Position numbers and translations under genes: made by a program. From assembly GCA_019423005.1 (NCBI GenBank), contig JAHZCF010000066.1, forward strand, positions 750 through 64,749: a DNA stretch of 64,000 bases, given 5' to 3'. The notes beneath the pieces were generated by a model that saw only the letters and a program-made list of their open reading frames with translations, had not been told where the DNA came from and made no database searches. Below, piece by piece: positions 37,662 to 44,666 of the stretch. Numbering within the stretch: the stretch's first letter is position 1; every line of letters begins with the position of its first letter. Source of the stretch: Haemophilus sp. (GTDB taxonomy: Bacteria; Pseudomonadota; Gammaproteobacteria; Enterobacterales; Pasteurellaceae).

Positions 37662-37751
37662 GGTGAGATGTCCGAGTGGTTGAAGGAGCACGCCTGGAAA
37701 GCGTGTATGTGCGAAAGTGCATCGGGGGTTCGAATCCCCCTCTCACCGCCA
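37662..37751 (+). tRNA. tRNA-Ser(GGA), integration site of the satellite
   Basis: GGTGAGA acceptor stem, CT-GGA-AA anticodon loop, long variable arm, GGTTCGAATCC, CCA end. Confidence 0.96.
37738..37751 (+). repeat. attL core (3' end of tRNA-Ser)
   Basis: CCCTCTCACCGCCA, identical to 48867-48880. Confidence 0.92.
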
Positions 37752-37862
37752 CGAACCTTGTCAAATAATGTCTTTCTTGTCAAAAAACAACGCAAAAACA
37801 ATGATTTAGTTATCTTTAATCTGTTTCTTTCGTTGGTCTATGTTTGTCTTTGTTTCCGTTTT

Positions 37863-37912
37863 TAACTCCCTAATTTACTCCCTCACTTTTTGGGCGTTTT
37901 TCGAGGGAGTTA
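37863..37912. repeat. Putative integrase arm-type sites, left
   Basis: TAACTCCCT (37863), TTACTCCCT (37875) and inverted AGGGAGTTA (37904); same motif occurs near attR. Confidence 0.75.
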
Positions 37913-37949
37913 AAACGGCTAAGTTTTAATCAAACAAAGGCTTTTTATC

Positions 37950-39164
37950 ATGAAATTAAATAAACCATTCACAGACACTTTTTTACAGACCCTAAAACCC
38001 AAATCGAAAGAATACACAAAGCACGATGGCAAAGAATCTGGCTTAATGATTAGGGTAAAACCAAATAAAACGAAAACCTTTTACTTTGTTTATTCTTTTA
38101 CTGGTAAATATAAGAAAATGAGCTTAGGAGAATATCCGACACTTTCTTTAACTTTTGCCCGTGAAATGGTGAAAGAATACAAAGGGCTTATTTATAGAAA
38201 TATTGATCCGCTTGCCTATCGGAAAACATTACAAAACCCAGTAGAGGAAAAGAAAATCACCTTTTCTGAAATGGCGATTAGATGGCGTGATAAGCGTTTA
38301 AAATTGGGAAAACTTAAACCCGAAACAGTCAATGATGCTTTCCGTCGCGTGGAATTGCATTTATTCCCGAAAATAGCAGATTTGCCTATTGAGCAAGCTA
38401 GTTATAAAACCTTTGATCCCGTATTATCGCCACTTAAAAACTCAAATACGCTTTATAAAATCAATATTGCAATTAATCAGATTTTCAGAATGGCAGAAGA
38501 TGAGGATTTAATAGTTAAGAATCCATTTAGGAACATTCATGATGAATTTACCTACATTGAAACTAAAAATCACCCGACACTTGCACCTGAAGACTTGCCA
38601 CGTTTATTTAGAGTATTACAAGGCGCAGATTTGAAGAAACCAACCGCACTTTTAATCGAATGGCAATTATTAAGTATTTTGCGCAGTTCTGAGGCGGTGA
38701 GTATTGAATGGGCTGATATTGACTGGGAAGCGAAAGCCTTACATATTCCAGCTGAACGAATGAAAGGCGGAAAACGACCGCACAGTATACCGCTTTCTTC
38801 TCAAGCCTTGAATGTGCTAGACCAAATGCGCCGTTATACTGGAAATCGTAAATATGTGTTTTGTTCACGCATAGCACCTTTCAATAAACCGATGAATAGC
38901 GGGGCTGCAAATGTAGCCTTGAAGCGAATGGGGTTTAAGGATTTATTGGTTGCGCATGGTTTGCGTAGTATCGCCAGCACTTATTTGCATGAATTAGACC
39001 GCTTCTCATCAGAAGCAATTGAATTATGTTTATCTCATGAAAATAGGGGAAAAGTCCGTAAAGCCTACGATAAATCGAAGAAGTGGAAATCAAGACAAGC
39101 TATTATGCAATGTTGGGGCGATTATGTAGAGCAATGTAAACTTGAAGCTATGAAAACAAATTAA
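37950..39164 (+). CDS. P4-family tyrosine integrase with N-terminal arm-binding domain
   Basis: DGKESGLMIRV arm domain; catalytic R (LRSSE), K (MKGG), HGLR, H (LSH) and Y (KAYD). Confidence 0.95.
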   Translation: MKLNKPFTDTFLQTLKPKSKEYTKHDGKESGLMIRVKPNKTKTFYFVYSFTGKYKKMSLGEYPTLSLTFAREMVKEYKGLIYRNIDPLAYRKTLQNPVEEKKITFSEMAIRWRDKRLKLGKLKPETVNDAFRRVELHLFPKIADLPIEQASYKTFDPVLSPLKNSNTLYKINIAINQIFRMAEDEDLIVKNPFRNIHDEFTYIETKNHPTLAPEDLPRLFRVLQGADLKKPTALLIEWQLLSILRSSEAVSIEWADIDWEAKALHIPAERMKGGKRPHSIPLSSQALNVLDQMRRYTGNRKYVFCSRIAPFNKPMNSGAANVALKRMGFKDLLVAHGLRSIASTYLHELDRFSSEAIELCLSHENRGKVRKAYDKSKKWKSRQAIMQCWGDYVEQCKLEAMKTN

Positions 39165-39173
39165 AAGTTAAAC

Positions 39174-39198
39174 AAAGGGTGGAATTTTCCGCCCTTTT
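39174..39198 (+). terminator. Terminator-like hairpin after the integrase
   Basis: aaagggtgga-attt-tccgccctttt. Confidence 0.6.
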
Positions 39199-39247
39199 AT
39201 TCCTAATTTTCCCCTCTAATTTTCGCCGTTTTCTTTTTCTGAAAAAA

Positions 39248-39299
39248 CGCAGTCAAACCCTCGCCACGCCCGCACATTAAAGATGTCGATTTTAACGCA
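39248..39299 (-). other. P2/P4-family cos-like packaging site
   Basis: Minus strand reads TGCGTTAAAA...GCGGGCGTGGCGAGGGTTTGACTGCG; the core GGCGTGGCGAGGGTTTGAC (39252-39270) resembles the P2 cohesive end GGCGAGGCGGGGAAAGCAC. Confidence 0.7.
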
Positions 39300-39365
39300 A
39301 AATTTGGATGCCGCCCACGCCTTCCCAGTAGTGGCGCGCCTTGATATTTTTAAACCGTAATCATT

Positions 39366-39402
39366 AACGCAAATCAACGCAAACTAACGCAAAATTTGCG
39401 TT
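39366..39402. repeat. AACGCAAA repeat array next to the cos-like site
   Basis: Direct copies at 39366, 39376 and 39386 (10-bp period), an inverted copy at 39395, and another copy at 39294. Confidence 0.8.
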
Positions 39403-39626
39403 AAAAATTCTGCTTTTTAGTGATTTTTGACGAATGAAAATCGGACAGTTTAGAAAGCGTTACACAAAGTACAGTTAAATATTCCACTGTATTTCTCCTA
39501 ATTATGTGAATCCATTCTCCACAAACCCCACCGAATGCATGCCAAACGCATATTTTCTATTATAAAAATCGTTCCACAGCGTACCGCACAGACACAACAA
39601 TGACTACATTTTATAGGTAAGAAAAA

Positions 39627-39845
39627 ATGCAAGAAACCCAAACGAAAGAACGTTTTTTACGGATTGATGCCGTAATTGAATTAACAGGGCTTGCGCGTTC
39701 TACTATTTACGACAAAACACGATTAAGCCAATTTCCACAGCCCGTAGATTTAGGCGGGAATAAGAAAGCATGGCTAGAAAGTGAAGTAAATAAATGGATG
39801 CAAGAGCGCATTGAACAACGAAACCAAAAAACAGCAGGAAAATAA
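39627..39845 (+). CDS. AlpA family regulator (AlpA-1)
   Basis: RFLRIDAVIELTGLARSTIY...FPQPVDLG...AWLESEVNKWM. Confidence 0.92.
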   Translation: MQETQTKERFLRIDAVIELTGLARSTIYDKTRLSQFPQPVDLGGNKKAWLESEVNKWMQERIEQRNQKTAGK

Positions 39846-39846
39846 A

Positions 39847-40533
39847 ATGAAACTACAAAACTCACAAATTCAAGAAAAAATGACCGCACTTTTAGAGCAG
39901 TTTAATAATCAGAAAGAGATGCTAATCATGATTGATCGTGAATTAGCCGCCTTACACATGCAACAAGCTAAAAACAACGCCACGATTGCCGCAGTTAAAT
40001 CTGAATATGAACAAGAAGCTGCAGCAATGACGGCTAAATTTGAGCAAAGCCATGAGTTAGCACTTGATGACTATACTTTAATTCAAAAAGCCAAAGCCGA
40101 ATTAAAAGCTCGTCTTGATTTCTTCACTGCAACCGGAGAAGAGTTGGAAGAAAAAATCTATCAAAAATCCGAGCAAGTTTTTACAGCTAAAGCGCAGTTA
40201 TTGGCAACACGAAAACATTTAATTTTTAGTTATGGTGAGGCGTTAGCCGATGAATTTATTCAGCAACATATCGAACAAATCACCTTGTTTAGAAGCTTAA
40301 TTATGAATGGTATTGAATATGATCCAATAACAGAAAAAGATGGCAAAGATGTATTTAATGAAATGCTCATTAAGAAATTATCTGGTTTTGATAATTCATT
40401 GCCTGATGAATTTAAATTGCCAACGCTTAATCTACAACAAGACTGGAAACCTAAAACCCCAACTCAAAAACATGTTGATAGCTTTAAACCTCAGGCAGAT
40501 AAAGGGTTTAAACGTTTATTAAATAATTTCTAG
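39847..40533 (+). CDS. Coiled-coil protein resembling the P4 Sid/Psu family (putative capsid size determinant)
   Basis: 228 aa, helical heptad pattern; RKHLIFSYGEALADEFIQQH and C-terminal TPTQK resemble recalled Sid/Psu motifs; directly upstream of the capsid gene. Confidence 0.55.
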   Translation: MKLQNSQIQEKMTALLEQFNNQKEMLIMIDRELAALHMQQAKNNATIAAVKSEYEQEAAAMTAKFEQSHELALDDYTLIQKAKAELKARLDFFTATGEELEEKIYQKSEQVFTAKAQLLATRKHLIFSYGEALADEFIQQHIEQITLFRSLIMNGIEYDPITEKDGKDVFNEMLIKKLSGFDNSLPDEFKLPTLNLQQDWKPKTPTQKHVDSFKPQADKGFKRLLNNF

Positions 40534-40543
40534 GAGAATAAAT

Positions 40544-41485
40544 ATGGAACGCATTACAAGTCAAAAATTCGCAGAATATAAAAATAAGCTAGGCGGCAAC
40601 AAAACCGGTGAAAGTGAATATATGCACGATTTTGCCAAGATTGAAGCTATTCTCAATGATGGAATTCAAAATAATGCATTTTTACGCATGATTGACGTTA
40701 AATTCACCCAGCTTACCTTTAATCAAGCGCATGAATTATCCTTACCGATGGTTAGTCGAACCAATACAGATAATTCTGCTCGAGTGCCTAAAAATTATGT
40801 TCAAGCTGGCGTAGATTTTAATTGTCGACAAGTCAATTTTGATACCAAAGTCTCCTATCAAGATTTAGATAAGTTTGCGGATGTAGATTTTGAAAAATCA
40901 ATTAATGACAGCATGATCAGCGAATTCATGCAAAATATTATTATGATTGGTTTTAATGGGGAACGTTGGGCAGATGACAGCGATCCTGTACAAAATCCAT
41001 TAGGGCAAGATGTGGCGAAGGGCTGGATAGCTCAACTTAAAGAAAAAGGGCAGATGATCAATGCTGCAACAGAACAAGGCGCAAGTATTAATCAATTAAT
41101 TGCTAAAGCGCTTGATAAATTGCCGGTTAAGCTTCGACATAGTGGCGAATTAATCGCTATTTGTGGGGATAACTTGCTAGGCGGTGACTTTGTTAATGTG
41201 GCTTATTCTGATTTACAGAGCGCCAAAACAAACAACGTTATCATTCCTCAAAAGCTTATCGGTGGATTAAAGGCAATCAATGTAAGCTATTTCCCAAAAA
41301 ATGCGATTTTAGTTACCGCACTTTCTAATCTAGCCATTTATTTTAAAAAGGATAGTTCACGTCTTTTCTTCCAAAATAAACCGCGTGAAAATGCACTTGA
41401 AGTATATTTTTCTACAGACCTTGATTTTCTACTAGGAAATCATTTACATGCAGTTTTAATAGATGGCATTAGTACAGAGGCGTAA
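40544..41485 (+). CDS. Major capsid protein, P2 gpN family
   Basis: CRQVNFD..YQDLD..DF, IMIGFNG, SDPVQNPLGQDVAKGW, FPKNAILVTALSNLAIY; AGGAG RBS. Confidence 0.88.
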   Translation: MERITSQKFAEYKNKLGGNKTGESEYMHDFAKIEAILNDGIQNNAFLRMIDVKFTQLTFNQAHELSLPMVSRTNTDNSARVPKNYVQAGVDFNCRQVNFDTKVSYQDLDKFADVDFEKSINDSMISEFMQNIIMIGFNGERWADDSDPVQNPLGQDVAKGWIAQLKEKGQMINAATEQGASINQLIAKALDKLPVKLRHSGELIAICGDNLLGGDFVNVAYSDLQSAKTNNVIIPQKLIGGLKAINVSYFPKNAILVTALSNLAIYFKKDSSRLFFQNKPRENALEVYFSTDLDFLLGNHLHAVLIDGISTEA

Positions 41486-41488
41486 TCT

Positions 41489-41731
41489 ATGACAGAGATA
41501 AAACAAGGTTCTTTTACCTTGCTTGAATGCGCTGAAAGAATGTTAGAGGCAAGCCGAACGATGACGATCTTTTGTATTGAAGAAGCAATAAAACAAGGGC
41601 ATATTTCAGAAAATGATAAAATCGAACTTATGTTAGCCTTTGCGGATTTAATGGAAAAGGAAGCGCAAACATTCAAACAAAGCTTTAAGCGCACTCAAAG
41701 CGCCCAAAAAAGCGAGATCTTTAACTTTTAA
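41489..41731 (+). CDS. Hypothetical protein, last gene of the capsid operon
   Basis: 80-aa ORF starting 3 bp after the capsid stop and followed by a terminator. Confidence 0.6.
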   Translation: MTEIKQGSFTLLECAERMLEASRTMTIFCIEEAIKQGHISENDKIELMLAFADLMEKEAQTFKQSFKRTQSAQKSEIFNF

Positions 41732-41737
41732 TTAATC

Positions 41738-41760
41738 GCCCCGAAAGGGGCTTTATTTTT
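41738..41760 (+). terminator. Intrinsic terminator of the capsid operon
   Basis: gcccc-gaaa-ggggc followed by tttattttt. Confidence 0.8.
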
Positions 41761-41836
41761 ATATAAAAACCTTTTAAAAACTTTTTAAAGTGCTATTATC
41801 ATATCTAATGAAGATAAACCATATGGAGGAAAAAAT

Positions 41837-42091
41837 ATGGCAATTCACCAAATTTTGACACAGCAAGCTGCAAGCATTACCGATTTAAAACGGGATCCGA
41901 TGGGCATTGCACAAGCAAGTGAAGATGGCGCAGTCGCCATTTTAAATCGTAATCAACCGGCTTTTTACTGCGTAACACCAGCCCTTTTTGAATATTTTCA
42001 AGAGTTAGCGGAAGATGCCGAATTAGGCAAAATTGCGCAAGAACGCATGAATAACGGTGAATTTATTGCGGTAAATCTTGATGACTTATAG
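41837..42091 (+). CDS. Type II antitoxin, Phd/YefM (StbD-like)
   Basis: ASITDLKRDPM, VAILNRNQPAFYCV; overlaps the toxin start. Confidence 0.9.
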   Translation: MAIHQILTQQAASITDLKRDPMGIAQASEDGAVAILNRNQPAFYCVTPALFEYFQELAEDAELGKIAQERMNNGEFIAVNLDDL

Positions 42092-42371
42092 CCTAAAATT
42101 TCACGAGAAAGCGTTAAAGGAATGGAACAAACTAGGCGAACCGATAAAAAGCCAATTTAAGAAAAAGTTGTATGAGCGCTTAGAGAATCCTCACGTGCAA
42201 GCGGACAGATTAAGCGGATTTTCAACCGCACTTTATAAAATTAAACTCCGTGCGGCAGGTTATCGCCTTGTTTATGAAGTTAGTGATAATGAAATCACCG
42301 TTTTTGTGTTATCAGTAGGTAAACGCGACCGTCTACAAGCCTATGAAAATGCTCGGAATAGAGCGCATTAA
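42081..42371 (+). CDS. Type II toxin, RelE/StbE family mRNA interferase
   Basis: ALKEWNKL, YKIKLRAAGYRLVY, VGKRD. Confidence 0.92.
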   Translation: MTYSLKFHEKALKEWNKLGEPIKSQFKKKLYERLENPHVQADRLSGFSTALYKIKLRAAGYRLVYEVSDNEITVFVLSVGKRDRLQAYENARNRAH

Positions 42372-42403
42372 GTCCGAGAGGTTAGAATTTTAATTACATA
42401 AAT

Positions 42404-42429
42404 AAAGCCCGCTAATGGGCTTTATTTTT
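42404..42429 (+). terminator. Terminator after the TA operon
   Basis: aaagccc-gctaat-gggcttt followed by attttt. Confidence 0.75.
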
Positions 42430-42438
42430 ACTTAGGAT

Positions 42439-43317
42439 ATGAAAATGAAAGAAAAGAAACCATTAATAAAACAATGGTACACGCTCGATCAAGCAATAGA
42501 AAAGTTGAATAAAGAAAACGTATGTGATTTATCCAGAAATGATTTAGTGCATTTTTGGTTAAATGATCTTATAGAGTTTCACACTGCTATTTTCTATAAC
42601 ATAGAAAAGGCCACGTTAGGAAATATAAAAATAGAGTATGAGAATCTACAAATATTCGATTTTGCACTCAATTCAGATGAAATAGAGGAAAGATTTTTTA
42701 ATGAAAAAAAACCTATTTTTAATAATGGTATTTTAACTGTGTGCGCCTATACTCCTTTATTTGAAAAAATAGCTGATTCTTTTGATATATATGGAACAGC
42801 AAGAGAAAGGCGAGAAACAAATAGAATAGATAATGTTAAAAAGGAAATTTCTTTTGAGAAAAGGATGCCGTTACTTATAGAGGGGCTAATAAGAATAGAT
42901 AGACCAAGTAGCATTATAGATAAGATAAAAATTAAAGATAGTATAAAAATAGATAATGTTTCATGGTTGTTTATTGATGATGAAGATAAAGATTTCATTA
43001 TCGAGTTAGAGAAAAAAACTATAGATTTTTTATATTTGGATGAGATTTATGTAACGCATGAGAATTTACAAAAACTTTATGATTTACATGAAGATGGAAA
43101 AATAAATAATAAATTACAATCAAAGAAAAGCCAAAATACACAAGCGCGCTTTATCCGTGATTTACTCGCAATTAACTACAATTTACATACGGCTCAAGAA
43201 ATAAGAGGAGCACTTGATAACCCTCGTTCAATGATAAGCCGACAATTTGACGAAAAAGATCTAATCAAACCAAGCGGAAAAACTATCTATAATTATATCA
43301 ATCAAGTCGAAGATTAA
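42439..43317 (+). CDS. AT-rich hypothetical protein with possible N- and C-terminal HTH elements
   Basis: 292 aa; WYTLDQAIEKL...SRNDLVH N-terminus and PSGKTIYNYI C-terminus. Confidence 0.7.
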   Translation: MKMKEKKPLIKQWYTLDQAIEKLNKENVCDLSRNDLVHFWLNDLIEFHTAIFYNIEKATLGNIKIEYENLQIFDFALNSDEIEERFFNEKKPIFNNGILTVCAYTPLFEKIADSFDIYGTARERRETNRIDNVKKEISFEKRMPLLIEGLIRIDRPSSIIDKIKIKDSIKIDNVSWLFIDDEDKDFIIELEKKTIDFLYLDEIYVTHENLQKLYDLHEDGKINNKLQSKKSQNTQARFIRDLLAINYNLHTAQEIRGALDNPRSMISRQFDEKDLIKPSGKTIYNYINQVED

Positions 43318-43326
43318 TCCCTTACT

Positions 43327-43360
43327 TTGGAATATTCCAACTATTTTTGGAATATTCCAC
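43327..43360. promoter_or_regulatory. Tandem 14-bp palindromes upstream of alpA-2
   Basis: TTGGAATATTCCAA (43327-43340) and TTGGAATATTCCAC (43347-43360), 20-bp period. Confidence 0.7.
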
Positions 43361-43454
43361 CTTTCAAAATTCTCACCACCTACCATACGCTCCGACAAAC
43401 AAGACATTTCAAGACACATTATTTGACAATTTCTATAACCAACTAGGGGCAACT

Positions 43455-43673
43455 ATGGAAAAAAACACTTACGCCGAAGTGCGTTATTACTCAACCGCCA
43501 CAATTTGCAAAATGTTAGATGTATCTCGTGCGTGGTTATGGGATCAGGTTAATGCTGGCCATTTTCCTAAACCGATTAAATTTGGGCGATTAGCGCGCTA
43601 TAAGGCAGAAGATGTAGAGCGTTTTCTCGCAGACCAAGAGCAAGTAACAGAAATTAATTTAATGGGGGAATAA
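43455..43673 (+). CDS. AlpA/Xis-type winged-helix protein (AlpA-2)
   Basis: ICKMLDVSRAWLW...GHFPKPIKFGRLARY; AGGGG RBS before the ATG at 43455. Confidence 0.88.
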   Translation: MEKNTYAEVRYYSTATICKMLDVSRAWLWDQVNAGHFPKPIKFGRLARYKAEDVERFLADQEQVTEINLMGE

Positions 43674-43979
43674 ATGGCAGGGTTAACAATTTATTGTCCT
43701 TTTTGCGGACAACGTGCAGGCATTCGTACCACTGAAAAACTTTCATTACTTGTTACCAAAGCTCGCATTTATTGCCCTTCATGCGGGCAATTAAACGCCG
43801 ATTTTGTCGGGCAGATTAGCAACATTAAAAGGGCGGTTTATGTGGATTGTCCTGAAGCGAACAACTGGGAGAAAACCGAAAAAGAAACTTTACAGGAAAA
43901 GGGCATTAAGCCCATGACGAATGAAGAACGATTAGCGCAGTTAAAAGGGCAAGATAAATCACAAGGCAAGTTATTTTAA
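43674..43979 (+). CDS. Ogr/Delta-like zinc-finger transcriptional activator
   Basis: CPFCG..A.IRT...YCPSCG (four Cys). Confidence 0.72.
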   Translation: MAGLTIYCPFCGQRAGIRTTEKLSLLVTKARIYCPSCGQLNADFVGQISNIKRAVYVDCPEANNWEKTEKETLQEKGIKPMTNEERLAQLKGQDKSQGKLF

Positions 43980-44000
43980 ACCGTACGCTGAATTGAGAAC

Positions 44001-44030
44001 AAAAAAAAGCCCAGTCTTCAACACTGGGCT
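44001..44030 (-). terminator. Minus-strand intrinsic terminator between ogr and ash
   Basis: AGCCCAGT-N7-ACTGGGCT with an A8 tract on the + strand 5' side. Confidence 0.6.
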
Positions 44031-44090
44031 ACCCATAAACCAACCTAAGATATTGGATAAACAAAGGAATTAATTCACCTAAGGAATCGT

Positions 44091-44666
44091 ATGAATTATA
44101 CAATTAAATCAATGAACTACAAAGAAAAGTGCGAAAAAATAAACAAATTTACAATTTTACTATTGACAGATGAAACGAGATTAAACTATATTGAAAGCGC
44201 CTTAGCAAATTGCGGGGTACGGTCGTCGAAAGCCGTTTTATCATACAAGGCGAGCAGCGCGCCTAATCGCGCTTTTTTTGTTCGTAGCGTTTATGCACCT
44301 ATTCAATATAGCCTATCTTCTGATAGTCTATTCTCAATGGTAGCGCATAATGGGAAAGGTTTCGCCCTTTGCCGTTTTCCTTGTATGACGGTTTTCGACC
44401 CCGTTATGCGTTACCGCCAAATCGTCGAAAGTTTTGCGGTAACCTCCAAAAACTCATACAAGGAAACCGCAGAAATGATCTACAAATTTCTATGCGTTAA
44501 TCGCACACACCCGCACTTTAATTTGTGCATTCAATCTATTCACGCCAACAATGAAGAAAGCGCCAGATTAAGCCTTAATGCTGATTTTCGCTATCTTGCC
44601 ACCGTTGCAAAAATTAACCCCAAATTTGACCGCACTTTAGCGATGAAAGGGGGAATTTATGCGTAA
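44091..44666 (+). CDS. Ash family protein with a C-terminal Icd-like domain (internal start at 44475)
   Basis: AFFVRS, SMVAHNG and FDP motifs; MIYKF...ANNEESAR Icd-like segment with its own AAGGA RBS. Confidence 0.82.
   Translation: MNYTIKSMNYKEKCEKINKFTILLLTDETRLNYIESALANCGVRSSKAVLSYKASSAPNRAFFVRSVYAPIQYSLSSDSLFSMVAHNGKGFALCRFPCMTVFDPVMRYRQIVESFAVTSKNSYKETAEMIYKFLCVNRTHPHFNLCIQSIHANNEESARLSLNADFRYLATVAKINPKFDRTLAMKGGIYA
44163..44192 (+). promoter_or_regulatory. Sigma70 promoter inside ash (P4 PLE-like)
   Basis: TTGACA-N18-TATATT upstream of the antisense RNA target sites. Confidence 0.55.
44339..44415 (+). ncRNA. C4/CI-type antisense immunity RNA
   Basis: 16-bp closing stem (44339-44354 with 44400-44415), UUCG hairpin, loop CCTTGTATGA and bulge TTTCGAC each complementary to an upstream and a downstream site. 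Confidence 0.85.

Noticed and set aside
37668..37865. 65-aa ORF from the track
   Set aside because: Overlaps tRNA-Ser and attL; spurious.
43347..43454. N-terminal extension of AlpA-2 from a TTG start
   Set aside because: It runs through the palindrome/promoter region; the ATG at 43455 has an RBS and gives a typical 72-aa AlpA.
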